Of a DNA stretch of 64,000 nt, positions 28,975-38,928 are shown one piece after another. A model generated the notes under the pieces. The model did no database searches, had not been told where the DNA came from, and saw nothing but the letters and a program-made list of their open reading frames with translations. Position numbers and translations under genes: made by a program. Source of the stretch: Zoogloea sp. (GTDB lineage: Bacteria > Pseudomonadota > Gammaproteobacteria > Burkholderiales > Rhodocyclaceae); contig JAEUNU010000140.1 of assembly GCA_016789125.1 (NCBI GenBank), positions 6,338 to 70,337 on the forward strand. The letters are read 5' to 3'. Each line of letters opens with the position of its first letter. Within the stretch, counting starts at the first letter, position 1.

Positions 28975-30903
28975 TTAGAGGCTCATCTCGGCCGCGCTGG
29001 GCGCCGGCGCGGTGGCGTTGCTGTTACGCAGGAAGGCTTCGAACATCAGGGTGGTCCACAACGGGGCACTGTAGTCGCGGGCGCCCGACTGGTGGGCATC
29101 GACCAGATGCTGCAGGTAATCGCGGTTGAAGATGCCGGTGTCGGCCAGGGTCGAGCCCAGCACGGCCTCGCGAACGCGCTCCTTGAGCGGGCCGCGGAAC
29201 CAGCGCGCCAGCGGGACGGCAAAGCCCATCTTGGGGCGGTACAGTACGTCGTTGGGCAGGAGCGGCTCCATGGACTTCTTGAAGACGTACTTGCCCTCCT
29301 GGCCCTTGATCTTGAGGCTCGACGGCAGCGTAGCCAGCCATTCGATGAGCTTGTAGTCCATCAGCGGGGCACGCACTTCGAGGGAGTGGGCCATGCTGGC
29401 CCGGTCGACCTTGGTGTTTATGTCGCCCACCAGGTAGGTCTTGATGTCGAGATACTGGATCAGCGCGAGCGGGTCTTCGGTGTTGGCGTTGGCGCCGTGG
29501 CGGCGGAACACCTCGATCGCGTTGTAGCCGGCGAGCTCATTGCGGAACTTGCTGGAGAACAGGCTGCGCCGCATGTCGTCGCGCAGGATCGACACGGTGT
29601 GGAAGTAGGCCTGCACGGAATCCCGCGCCAGCGCCTGGAACGTCGTCTTGGCGCGGAACACGCGGGGCGCCCAGTCGGCCTTCGGGTACATCCGCCCGAG
29701 CATGCCGAACAGCGGCCGACGCAGGCCCGCCGGCATGCTACCGCGCATCTTCTCTTCCATGAGGTGCATGCGGTGGCGACGATAGCCGCCGAGGTTCTCG
29801 TCGCCACCGTCGCCCGACAAGGCCACCGTAACGTGCTTGCGGGCCAGCTGGCAAACCCGGTAGGTGGGGATCGCCGAGCTGTCGGCGTAGGGCTCGTCGT
29901 AGAGCGCGGCCAGGGTATCGACGAGGTCGAAGTCGTCGGACTTGACGGTCTCGACGAAATGCCGCGTCTTGTAGCGGTCGGCGACCATCTGGGCGAAAGC
30001 AGATTCGTTGAAGGCCGGGTCGTCGAAGGCGATCGAGCAGGTGCTGACCGGGTCGCCGGAGAGCCCAGCCATGATCGCCACCACCGCGCTGGAGTCGACC
30101 CCGCCCGACAGGAAGGCGCCCAGCGGCACCTCGGAGATCATGCGCAGGCGCACCGACTCACGCAGGCGCTCGGTGAGCTCGGCGGTGGCGTCGGCCAGGG
30201 ACAGGGGGTTGTCGAGGGTGAAGTGGACGTCCCAGTAGAGCTTCGGGGCCGGGATCGGCTGGCCGCGGCGGATGCACAGGCTCTCGCCCGGCTGCAGCTT
30301 CTTGGCCCCCAGGAAGATCGTGCGCGGCTCGGCCACGTAGCCCAGCGCGAAGTACTCTTCGACCGCGTGGGGGTCGATGCGGCGGTCGAGGCCCGGGTGC
30401 TGCATCAGCACCTTGAGCTCGGAACCGAACACCAGCGTGCCGTCGCCGAGGATCGCGTAATACAGCGGCTTGACCCCGAGGCGGTCGCGGGCCAGAAAGA
30501 AGGTCTGGCGGTTGCGGTCCCACAGGCCGAAGGCGAACATGCCGCGGAAGCGCTGCACGCACTCCTCGCCCCACGACTCCCAGGCGTGCACGATCACCTC
30601 GGTGTCGCTGCGGGTATGGAAGACGTGGCCGAGGGCCTCGAGCTCGGGCACGAGCTCCTGGAAGTTGTAGATCTCGCCGTTGAAGACGACCGCCACCGAG
30701 CCGTCCTCGTTGAAGAGCGGCTGCTGGCCGGTGGACAGGTCGATGATCGAAAGCCGGCGGTGCCCCAGCGCCACGCCGGGCTCGAGGTAAACGTCGCCCT
30801 CGTCCGGGCCGCGATGGAACTGGATGTCGTTGAGCCGCTGCATCAGGCCGCGATCGAAATCGCGCTTGCCGCGGGTGTCAAAAAGGCCGGCGATACCGCA
30901 CAT
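28975..30903 (-). CDS. Asparagine synthetase-like amidotransferase, exosortase A-associated
   Basis: MCGIAG, HRGPD, GHRRLSIIDL, FLSGGVDSS and DRASMAHSLEVR. Confidence 0.93.
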   Translation of the reverse strand: MCGIAGLFDTRGKRDFDRGLMQRLNDIQFHRGPDEGDVYLEPGVALGHRRLSIIDLSTGQQPLFNEDGSVAVVFNGEIYNFQELVPELEALGHVFHTRSDTEVIVHAWESWGEECVQRFRGMFAFGLWDRNRQTFFLARDRLGVKPLYYAILGDGTLVFGSELKVLMQHPGLDRRIDPHAVEEYFALGYVAEPRTIFLGAKKLQPGESLCIRRGQPIPAPKLYWDVHFTLDNPLSLADATAELTERLRESVRLRMISEVPLGAFLSGGVDSSAVVAIMAGLSGDPVSTCSIAFDDPAFNESAFAQMVADRYKTRHFVETVKSDDFDLVDTLAALYDEPYADSSAIPTYRVCQLARKHVTVALSGDGGDENLGGYRRHRMHLMEEKMRGSMPAGLRRPLFGMLGRMYPKADWAPRVFRAKTTFQALARDSVQAYFHTVSILRDDMRRSLFSSKFRNELAGYNAIEVFRRHGANANTEDPLALIQYLDIKTYLVGDINTKVDRASMAHSLEVRAPLMDYKLIEWLATLPSSLKIKGQEGKYVFKKSMEPLLPNDVLYRPKMGFAVPLARWFRGPLKERVREAVLGSTLADTGIFNRDYLQHLVDAHQSGARDYSAPLWTTLMFEAFLRNSNATAPAPSAAEMSL

Positions 30904-30918
30904 GGATTGTCTCTACTT

Positions 30919-32109
30919 TCAACGAAGGGCTTTGCGGGATTGAACGGCTGGGTCGCACGGGCGGGAAACGCCGCAGACCAATTCCTGATAAAGGAAAAGA
31001 TACGCGCCCACCATGGCGTCGAGGCTGAACTCGGCCAGGACGCGCTCGCGCCCCGCGCGCCCCATGGCGGCGGAAAGGTCCGGCGCGTGGAAGAGCTGCC
31101 CCATCGCCGCAGCCAGCCCGTCGGTGTCGCCCGGGCGCACCAGCAGGCCGGTATGCCCGGCCTCGACCAGCTCGGGGTTGCCGCCCACGTCGGTGGCAAC
31201 GACGGGCAGGCCCGAGGCCATCGCCTCAAGCAGGGTGTTGGAGATGCCCTCGGCGATGGACGGCTGGACGAATACGTCAAAGCTGCGCATCGCCTCGGGG
31301 ATGTCGGCCCGCTCACCGGCGAGCCACACCTTGCCGTCCAGGCCCTCTTCGCAAACGAGAGCGGTGAGCTCGGCCAGCAGCCCGCCACCGCCGACGATCG
31401 CCAGGCGGGCGTCGCGCGCCGCATCGGCGTCGCGGCGCACGAGGGCCGCAAAGGCACGAATCAGGTCGGCGTGGCCCTTCACGGCCTGAAGACGACCGAT
31501 GGCGCCAAAGACGATCAACGAGGGATCGTTGAAGGGCGACCCCGCAAGCGGCGCCCGCCCCGTCCCAGGTGAGAATCGACGCGCATCGACACCGTTGCAG
31601 ATGCGGCGGACCCGCCCTGCCCCGATGCGCACCTTGTCATGAAGGTACGATTCGATCTTGCGCGACAGGGCCACATAGCGGGACACGAAGACCGAATACA
31701 GCCGACGGACCAGCCGGTACTTCTTGTTCGAGCCTTCCCGGTCGTTGTGGTCCCAGCCATGCTCGCCATGGATGCGCACCGGCACGCCAGCCAGCCACGC
31801 CGGCACCAGCATCTCGAGAGCGGCGATGTTACGGGTATGGACGATCGCCGGCCGCAGCTCGCGGAACATCCGGAACAACACCGGGTATAGCTTGAAGCCA
31901 TGGCCAGCTGGCTTGTGCAGGGAGACGAACTCCACGTCGGCGCGCTTGACCCGCTGGGTGAAGCCAGGCGCGCAGGTCGTGAGCGCAACCACCATGTGGC
32001 GGAAGTGCTCGACTGGCATGTGGTTGAGCAGATTGACAATCCCGTTCTCCAGCCCTCCGACATCGAAGCTGTACACCACGTGAATGACAAGAGGACGAGG
32101 ATCGGTCAT
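30919..32109 (-). CDS. PEP-CTERM/EpsH1-associated sugar transferase (stp2-type GT4)
   Basis: GGLENGIVNL, HTRN, HGEHGWD and EGISNTLLEAMASG. Confidence 0.9.
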   Translation of the reverse strand: MTDPRPLVIHVVYSFDVGGLENGIVNLLNHMPVEHFRHMVVALTTCAPGFTQRVKRADVEFVSLHKPAGHGFKLYPVLFRMFRELRPAIVHTRNIAALEMLVPAWLAGVPVRIHGEHGWDHNDREGSNKKYRLVRRLYSVFVSRYVALSRKIESYLHDKVRIGAGRVRRICNGVDARRFSPGTGRAPLAGSPFNDPSLIVFGAIGRLQAVKGHADLIRAFAALVRRDADAARDARLAIVGGGGLLAELTALVCEEGLDGKVWLAGERADIPEAMRSFDVFVQPSIAEGISNTLLEAMASGLPVVATDVGGNPELVEAGHTGLLVRPGDTDGLAAAMGQLFHAPDLSAAMGRAGRERVLAEFSLDAMVGAYLFLYQELVCGVSRPCDPAVQSRKALR

Positions 32110-32119
32110 GACTCTTCAA

Positions 32120-33361
32120 CTAATGCGGCACGACGGGCAACGCAGGTGAGCGAACGGGCGCCTCAAGGACGCTTTCGAGTGCGGCAAGATGGGCAGCCCA
32201 GCTGTAGCGGGCGACGACACGCCGCCGGGCGGCCTGCCCCATGTTGCGGCGCGATATTACATCAGCGAGCAGAACGATGATACGCGATACGAATTCATCC
32301 CCGTCGTGGGCAATCTCACAATCCTCCCCGGGTATGGCCTCGAGCCCGGTGGCGGATGCCGAGGAAATCACGACCGGTTGCGCCATCGCCATCGCCTCGA
32401 GCACCTTGTTCTGGATGCCGCGGGCAATCCGCAGCGGCGTGACGATCACATCGGCATGTGCCAGGTAGGGCCGCACGTCGGGCACCGTGCCGGTCACCAC
32501 GACGCCGTCGGCAGCCAGGGCCTGCACTGCGGGCGCCGGGTTCATGCCGACGATCCAGAAGCGCGCATCGGGAAACTGCCGGCGCACCCTGGGCAGGAGC
32601 TCGCCGGCAAACCACACCACGGCGTCGATGTTCGGCCAGTAATCCATCGCCCCGGTGAACAGCAGCACCGGCCCGCCGGGCGGGAACGGATTATCGAAGG
32701 TGTGCTCGGGGCTGAAGTAGTCGGAGTCGACCCCGTTCTGCATCACGCCGACCCGCGGCGCGAGCTCGGGGGCGGCCTGACGGAACAGCTGGGCCTCGGC
32801 CTCGGTGACGAACAGGCTGGCGTCGCTCGCGGCAGCAGCCTTGCGCTCGAAATCGAGGAGCTTCGCGCCTTCACGCCGATACAGCCACGACATCGGCCAG
32901 CGATGGTCGGGGGCGTATTGGGTCCATTTGGCGGAGTCGAGGTCGCAGAAGTCGATCACCCGCCGGGCCAGGCCGGGCACGTCGAGGTACTGGGCCATCG
33001 GGCCGGAGAAGGCGACCGCCTGCCCGATGCCCTCCCGGGCCACCACGTCCGCCACCCACCGGCGCAGGCCGGCGTCGCGGTAATAGGGCAGGCTCAAGGC
33101 CTCGCCGGAAAGAAGGCCGCGCAGGCTGGCGACACGGGACAGGCGCGGGTCGAGGCGGACCACGTGGCTCTCCTCGCACCATTCGGCGAGGCGGCCGACG
33201 TGGGCCTCATCGTCCGGATGATCGACGAAGGTGCCGAGGAAGACCCGATGCCGCCGCGCCAGCTGGCGCAGGATGTTGAAGGAGCGGACCTTGTCGCCCT
33301 TGTTGGGAGGAAAAGGAATGCGGTGAACGAGATAAAGCAGCGGGCTGCGATCGTCGGGCAC
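32120..33361 (-). CDS. PEP-CTERM/EpsH1-associated sugar transferase (stp1-type)
   Basis: HRIPFPPNKGDKVRS, DLDSAKW, FTGAMDYWPN and RGIQNKVLEAMA. Confidence 0.9.
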   Translation of the reverse strand: MPDDRSPLLYLVHRIPFPPNKGDKVRSFNILRQLARRHRVFLGTFVDHPDDEAHVGRLAEWCEESHVVRLDPRLSRVASLRGLLSGEALSLPYYRDAGLRRWVADVVAREGIGQAVAFSGPMAQYLDVPGLARRVIDFCDLDSAKWTQYAPDHRWPMSWLYRREGAKLLDFERKAAAASDASLFVTEAEAQLFRQAAPELAPRVGVMQNGVDSDYFSPEHTFDNPFPPGGPVLLFTGAMDYWPNIDAVVWFAGELLPRVRRQFPDARFWIVGMNPAPAVQALAADGVVVTGTVPDVRPYLAHADVIVTPLRIARGIQNKVLEAMAMAQPVVISSASATGLEAIPGEDCEIAHDGDEFVSRIIVLLADVISRRNMGQAARRRVVARYSWAAHLAALESVLEAPVRSPALPVVPH

Positions 33362-33367
33362 CGGCGC

Positions 33368-34405
33368 TCACCCGAGGTTACGGACGATGTGCGGCCCGAT
33401 CGTGTTGGCCACGGCCAGCGGCAGGCGCCGCCACATGGCGATGAAGGCCCGGTACTTGGGGTTGAGCGGGTTGTTCTGGGGCACCTCGTCGCGCTTATAA
33501 AGGCGGTACTCGTAGGACAGGGGCTGCGGTTCGAAGCCCCAGTTCTTCTTGAAGCTGAAGGGCCCGGTGCCGGCCTTGCTACGGCCGTAGTCGAAGATCT
33601 TGTAGCCACGGGCGCAGGCGCGACGCATCAGCTCCCAGTACTTGAAGTCGTTGGCCGCCAGGTCGCGGGCAGCGAGGTCGTCGCCGGCGTAGTAAGGCAG
33701 CACCTCTTCGCGGAAGTAGAAGGTCAGGACAGTGGACAGGGGCTTGCCTTCGGGCGAGGTAATCGTCATCACCTCGCAATCCTGCCCGAAAACCCGCATC
33801 AGGGTTTCAAAGAAACGTTTCGGCAGCGCCGGCGTGCCGTGGCGCAGCACGTTGTCGGAGTACAGCGCGAAGAAGCGGTCGACGTTGCCGTCGATCTCGC
33901 AGACGAGGCCGTTCTTGATGCCCTTCCGGACCATCGCCCGCTGCTTCCTGGGGATGGCCAGCATGTTGGCCTCCTCGTCGGCGAGGATTTCCTTGCGGAA
34001 GGTGAAGTAAACCTCCTGGCGCGGCCACTCGGGGTGGCGCTCGGTGAGGTTGCGATACTCGAGGTGCTGGACCCCGGCCTTGCGCGACAGCGCGTCGGCG
34101 GCCTGCTCGAGGGCCTCGACCGCACCGGCGTCGCTGCCGGCGACGCCGCCATAGACCGCGAACGGCAGGGACGTCATGGCGTGGCCGAAGAGCCGGCTCT
34201 TGACCTCGACCAGCGGCAGCACCGCCGCGATCTCGCCGTCGCGTTCGGCGAGGAGGTAGTGGGTGCGATGGCGGAACACCGTCTCCATGATGTCGCGCCA
34301 CTCGATGCGGTGAAAGAAGGTCGCATCCGGGCAGCCAAAGACGAAGGCGTTCCAGCGCGAGGCGTCACCCGCCTCGTAGGGGCGTACTTTTACGACAGAA
34401 ACCAT
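33368..34405 (-). CDS. FemAB-related protein, PEP-CTERM system-associated
   Basis: ATFFH, SLPFAVYGG, IPRKQRAMVRKG and FDYGRSK..TG..FKKNWGF. Confidence 0.9.
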   Translation of the reverse strand: MVSVVKVRPYEAGDASRWNAFVFGCPDATFFHRIEWRDIMETVFRHRTHYLLAERDGEIAAVLPLVEVKSRLFGHAMTSLPFAVYGGVAGSDAGAVEALEQAADALSRKAGVQHLEYRNLTERHPEWPRQEVYFTFRKEILADEEANMLAIPRKQRAMVRKGIKNGLVCEIDGNVDRFFALYSDNVLRHGTPALPKRFFETLMRVFGQDCEVMTITSPEGKPLSTVLTFYFREEVLPYYAGDDLAARDLAANDFKYWELMRRACARGYKIFDYGRSKAGTGPFSFKKNWGFEPQPLSYEYRLYKRDEVPQNNPLNPKYRAFIAMWRRLPLAVANTIGPHIVRNLG

Positions 34406-34418
34406 GCGAAACCCAGGC

Positions 34419-35285
34419 TCAAGTTCTAGTTGCGGGGAGGAAGACTTCGTCCATCCGCCCCCATGCGAAATCCTGCAGCAGGCGCTCGAGGCGCGCTTCG
34501 GTGTGCTCGAGATTGACGTAGTGACGGAAGCGGGTCTTGGCGCTCGCTTCCTTGATCACCGGCTGGCCGGGATCGATTTCCCAGGGGTGGAAGTAGAAGA
34601 TCGCCGGGCGACGGTCTTCGGTGTTCACCTTGCGAATGCCCCACGCCGACACCGGGTAAGGCAGCAGGCGAAAGTAGCCACCGCCGCCCACCGGCCAGTT
34701 GCGGCCGAAACGGCGCACGGTGGTGATGGGAATCTCGAGCAGGCCCTTGGCCACCGGGTACGGGAAGCGCGGTGCGTCGGGCACGCCATAGTGGTCGTGC
34801 TTGACCGGGTACACGCTGGAGCTGTAGGTGTAGCCCGCCGTCTCGATGCAATCGTGGGCCCAGGGGTTGGAATAGCCCACAGAGAAGCTCGGCGCGCGAT
34901 AACCCCGCACCTCGCAATCAGCGATGTCCTCTAGCACCACCTTGGCCAGCTGGATGTCGGCCAGGAAGGCTTCGGGCGTCTGGTCGCTGGCCCGCTCGTG
35001 GCCGTAGCCGTGGCTGGCGATCTCATGCCCTTCCATGGCGATCAGGCGGACCAGCTTGGGGTAGCGCTCGGCGATCCAGCCCAGCGTGAAGAAGGTGCCC
35101 TTGGCCTCGTAGCGATGCATCAGCTCGAGGATGCGATGCACGTTGCGCTCGACCCTGCACTCGGTGGAGCTCCAGCGGTCTTTCGGGAAATGGCTGGCCA
35201 GCGCGGAGACCTGAAAGTAGTCTTCCACGTCGATCGTCAGGGCATTGACGATCGGCCCGCGGGCCGGGGGGGTAGGTGCGCTCAC
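34419..35285 (-). CDS. Polysaccharide deacetylase, PEP-CTERM locus type
   Basis: TIDVEDYFQV, TFFTLGW, HEIASHG, GYRAPSFS, GGGYFRL and YFHPWEID. Confidence 0.92.
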   Translation of the reverse strand: MSAPTPPARGPIVNALTIDVEDYFQVSALASHFPKDRWSSTECRVERNVHRILELMHRYEAKGTFFTLGWIAERYPKLVRLIAMEGHEIASHGYGHERASDQTPEAFLADIQLAKVVLEDIADCEVRGYRAPSFSVGYSNPWAHDCIETAGYTYSSSVYPVKHDHYGVPDAPRFPYPVAKGLLEIPITTVRRFGRNWPVGGGGYFRLLPYPVSAWGIRKVNTEDRRPAIFYFHPWEIDPGQPVIKEASAKTRFRHYVNLEHTEARLERLLQDFAWGRMDEVFLPATRT

Positions 35286-36370
35286 TTGCCGGGCCCTCCG
35301 GTCTCGCTCGTCGTCGCCTGCTGCTGGGCAGACTTGAGCAGTTGCCCGAGGGCGTTAAGGGTGGTGGACAGCGTGCGCTCGAGGACGGCCAGGCGCTCCT
35401 CGAAACGTGCGGTATCGAAGGCAGCCCCCGCCCCGGCCAGCACCTTGGCGGCCTCGGGGTTGGCGAGCAGGCGCTGCAGGTCGATCGCGGCCGGCGGCGC
35501 CTCGGCGGACACCGCGGGCCGGGCTGCGAAGCTGTCGGTCTGCAGGGCTGCCGGTGTCACCTGCTCCTCGCGCATCTCGGCGGAGATCTGATTGACCAGG
35601 TCAACGCTGACCCGGCGCTGCTCGCCAAGGAAGGCGCCCAGCATGATGCGGTCGCAGATGGCGTTGATGCGCCGCGGAATGCCCTGGCTGGCGTTGAAGA
35701 TCTCGCGCATTGCCTCCTGGTCGAAGCTGGGGTTTCCCTTCCAGCCGACGCAAGACAGGCGGTGTTCGATGTAGGCGTGGGTCTCCTGCAGGTCCAGGGG
35801 GCCGAGGTGATACGAAGCGATCACGCGCTGGCGCAGCTGCACCATCTCCGGGCTCTGCATGATGGCGCGAAACTCGGGCTGGCCCACCAGGAAGCTCTGC
35901 AGCAGGGCGTGGTCCTCGAGCTGGAAGTTGGAGAGCATCCGCAGCTCCTCGACCGCCTGGGGGGTGAGGTTCTGGGCCTCGTCGACGATCAGCAGGGCCC
36001 GCTTGCCGGCCGCCGTGGTGGACACCAGGAAGGCCTCGATGGCGAGCAGGAGGTCGCTCTTGTTGAGGTGCTTGCTGGGGATGCCGAAGGCCGCCGCCAC
36101 CAGGCGCAGGATGTCGTCGGCGTCGATCTGGGTGCTGACCAGATTGGCCGCCACGATCTTCTTGGGGTCGAGCTTCTCGAGGAGGCTGCGCACCAGCAGC
36201 GTCTTGCCCGCCCCGACCTCGCCGGTAATGACGATGAAGCCTTCGTTCTGGTGCAGTCCGTACTCGAGGTAGGCCATGGCGCGGCGGTGGCCGCGACTGC
36301 CATAAAAGAATGAGGGGTCAGGGTTGAGCTGGAAGGGCTTGCCTCGCAGCCCGAAATAGGCTTCGTACAT
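35282..36370 (-). CDS. ExeA-like secretion ATPase, PEP-CTERM locus
   Basis: MYEAYFGL..KPF, GEVGAGKT, DEAQNL, VGQPE and GIPRRIN. Confidence 0.9.
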   Translation of the reverse strand: MYEAYFGLRGKPFQLNPDPSFFYGSRGHRRAMAYLEYGLHQNEGFIVITGEVGAGKTLLVRSLLEKLDPKKIVAANLVSTQIDADDILRLVAAAFGIPSKHLNKSDLLLAIEAFLVSTTAAGKRALLIVDEAQNLTPQAVEELRMLSNFQLEDHALLQSFLVGQPEFRAIMQSPEMVQLRQRVIASYHLGPLDLQETHAYIEHRLSCVGWKGNPSFDQEAMREIFNASQGIPRRINAICDRIMLGAFLGEQRRVSVDLVNQISAEMREEQVTPAALQTDSFAARPAVSAEAPPAAIDLQRLLANPEAAKVLAGAGAAFDTARFEERLAVLERTLSTTLNALGQLLKSAQQQATTSETGGPGK

Positions 36371-36376
36371 GAGATC

Positions 36377-37921
36377 TCAGAATTGGAGGACGACGTTGCC
36401 GAACACCGCGTTCTCGGTGTAATCGCCAACACTGCCTGTCCCCTGGTTACGACGCGCGCTCAGCATGCCGGTGGCCTTGGGGGCCAGCTTGGTACTGAGG
36501 CCGGCCATCAGCATCTTGGACTGCGAGCTCTGGTTGACGCTGCCCTCGTTGCGGCTGCGGCTCGTGGAGAACGAGGCATTGAGGGACGTGAGCGGCGTCA
36601 GCTGGTGACCGAGGCTCGCGATCATCCCGGTGGTCCGTAGCGTCGAGCCCACGCGGATGTCGCTGCCGACCGCATAGTCTCTATCGACCAGGCTTTCGCG
36701 GTCGGACATGAAGGCCATCAGGGACAGGGAGTTGCGCGGGCCGCTGTAGGTTGCCCCCACCTGGAGCCGCTCGTCGAGGAAGGTGGTGTCGGTGAGCACG
36801 GTCTGGGCCGCGGTGATGCGGTCGGCCTGGCCCGGCGCCTGGGTCGCGATCAGCTGCCTGACGAATGCCTCACGCTCCGTGGCGTCAGGAAAGCGCGACG
36901 TGTACTGGAGCATCAGCAGCTCGTACAGCGTCATCGCGCTCAACATCGAGCTGCTGGTCGAGCTGGCGTCCTTGCCGTAGCTGATCCGGTAGGCCATCTG
37001 GGACGACCGGTGATCGGCCGCCAATGTGTAGCCAGTGCCGAAGAAACGGTCTTCGATTGTCCCGGACACACGGGTGCGCGGCGTCGGCGTCCAGTCGGCA
37101 CCGAAGCCGTAGATCGAGCTGTTCTGGTTGCTGACCCGATAGTTGTTGGACTCTGCGCCGACGATGAGGCGGAGCATCAGGTCCGGCATCGCCTGGGCCA
37201 TGCCGGTCAGGCGCGTCGTCTGCTGCTTGAGCTGGCGGGACGTGGCGCTGCTGTCGGAGCTGCGATCCATGAAGCTGAAGCCCCACCCCAGGAAACCCGT
37301 CATCCGCGGGTCGGACGCATCGAAAGACCAAGTCTGCGTGTTGTTTCTGGACATCGCCGCGCTGCCGGAGTCGGAGATACCCATCATGTAGCGCAGGCGC
37401 ACCGACCCGGTGCTGCCGAAGCGGGTCGTGAAGTACGGACTGACGGTGAAGACACTGAGCTGCGACAGGTTGCTGCCGGTGACCGAGTCTGCGGGCCGGG
37501 GATCAAACAGCGACGACGCAATGCGGCTGACCGACCCGGTGAGATCGACATACAGCCGGTTCTCCCAGGCCATCAGCTTGCCGGAGCCGTTGAGCGTCAG
37601 GAAAGTGGAGTCGGACGAGGTGCCGTTGCCGTAGTGGTTGGCGTTGAGCGACATCGACAGCGAGCCGTTCAACCGGGCGCCACGCGCCTCGAGGCTCACA
37701 CCCGGGCTGAGCTGGGTGATCCAGTCCGACTTTGCATCGCGGTCGTTGCGCAGCCCCGCGTTGTCGGTGATCGTCTCGGTGAGGCGAACGAAGGGCGCGA
37801 GCCTGACGGTCTGCTGCTGGGCCAGCGCCGGAGCGGCCACCAACAGCCCGAGGGGAGCACAGAGGGCGGCCAGGCGCCAGGCATCTGACTGCCGGGAGCG
37901 GCCGGAAGCACGGACTCTCAC
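36377..37921 (-). CDS. PEP-CTERM system outer-membrane beta-barrel protein
   Basis: Signal peptide, TDN motif, EDRFFG, YTENAV, C-terminal Phe. Canonical position in the cluster. Confidence 0.82.
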   Translation of the reverse strand: MRVRASGRSRQSDAWRLAALCAPLGLLVAAPALAQQQTVRLAPFVRLTETITDNAGLRNDRDAKSDWITQLSPGVSLEARGARLNGSLSMSLNANHYGNGTSSDSTFLTLNGSGKLMAWENRLYVDLTGSVSRIASSLFDPRPADSVTGSNLSQLSVFTVSPYFTTRFGSTGSVRLRYMMGISDSGSAAMSRNNTQTWSFDASDPRMTGFLGWGFSFMDRSSDSSATSRQLKQQTTRLTGMAQAMPDLMLRLIVGAESNNYRVSNQNSSIYGFGADWTPTPRTRVSGTIEDRFFGTGYTLAADHRSSQMAYRISYGKDASSTSSSMLSAMTLYELLMLQYTSRFPDATEREAFVRQLIATQAPGQADRITAAQTVLTDTTFLDERLQVGATYSGPRNSLSLMAFMSDRESLVDRDYAVGSDIRVGSTLRTTGMIASLGHQLTPLTSLNASFSTSRSRNEGSVNQSSQSKMLMAGLSTKLAPKATGMLSARRNQGTGSVGDYTENAVFGNVVLQF

Positions 37922-38919
37922 GCGTTCTCCTTCGGGGCATGGCCGTAGCCGTAGCCGTAACCGTAGCCATACCCGTAGCCATAGGCGCCCGCCCCCGAGT
38001 GGGCCGCCTTGTTGAGCAGCATCAGCTTGACGGGGCAGGACTCGATGGTGGAAAGGGCCTGCTTGACCGCAGCCTGGGTCGTCTTGTTCGACTCGACGAC
38101 CATCACGATCTGGCCCATGTGGGTGGCCAGCACGCGGGACTCGGTGGTGACCAGCAGCGGGGGCGAATCGAAGACGATAATCCGGTCGGAATAGCGCACG
38201 GCCAGCTCGTCCAGCAGATTGTTCATCGAATCGCTGGCCAGCAGCTCGGTGGCCCGCGGGTGCGGCGTGCCGGCCGGCAGCAGGCTCAGCTTCTCGATGT
38301 TGGTCTTCAGCAGCACGTCGCCCAACTCGATGTCCGGATTGGTGAGCACGTCCATCAGCCCCTTCTTGGGAGGCAGGCCGAGGATGTTGAGCACCGACGG
38401 ACGCGACACGTCAGCGTCGATCAGCAGCACGGTGTGATCGAGCTCCATCGCCATGCTGATGGCGAGGTTGATCGAGCTGAAGCTCTTGCCCTCGCCCGGG
38501 AGCGAGCTGGTGATCATGATCAGGTTGGCGTTCTCGACCGCCGCCGCCCCCTTGCCCTGCACGTTGCGCAGCAGCGGGCGCTTCACGATGCGGAACTCGT
38601 CGCCGATCAGCGAGCGCGGTGCATTGGGCGTCACGACGCCGATGGAATGCAGACGTTCGAGATCGATCTCGATGCTTTTGGCGGTGCCGCCCGACCGGGC
38701 TGCCGGCTTGGGCGCCACGACCGGCGCCGGCGCGGCAGGCGCCGCAGCTTCCGGCCTGGCCGGCTCGACTGCGAAGGCCGACACCGGCGGGACCGGCGCA
38801 GCCGATGCCGCCGCCGGTTTCTGGGCCTCGGCGGTCTCGGCGGTCTCGGGCGTAGCCTGCCCGGCGTTTGCGCGCTGGAGCTGCTCGAGTCGCTCGACAG
38901 CTTTTTCAATAATGCTCAT
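37918..38919 (-). CDS. Exopolysaccharide tyrosine autokinase (BY-kinase)
   Basis: TSSLPGEGKS, LIDAD, FDSPP and a C-terminal YGYGYGYGYGYG tyrosine cluster. Confidence 0.93.
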   Translation of the reverse strand: MSIIEKAVERLEQLQRANAGQATPETAETAEAQKPAAASAAPVPPVSAFAVEPARPEAAAPAAPAPVVAPKPAARSGGTAKSIEIDLERLHSIGVVTPNAPRSLIGDEFRIVKRPLLRNVQGKGAAAVENANLIMITSSLPGEGKSFSSINLAISMAMELDHTVLLIDADVSRPSVLNILGLPPKKGLMDVLTNPDIELGDVLLKTNIEKLSLLPAGTPHPRATELLASDSMNNLLDELAVRYSDRIIVFDSPPLLVTTESRVLATHMGQIVMVVESNKTTQAAVKQALSTIESCPVKLMLLNKAAHSGAGAYGYGYGYGYGYGYGHAPKENA

Positions 38920-38928
38920 GTTCGCCTC

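Noticed and set aside
37941-37985. Hexamer repeat (ccgtag)n
   Set aside because: It encodes the normal YG tyrosine cluster of the BY-kinase.
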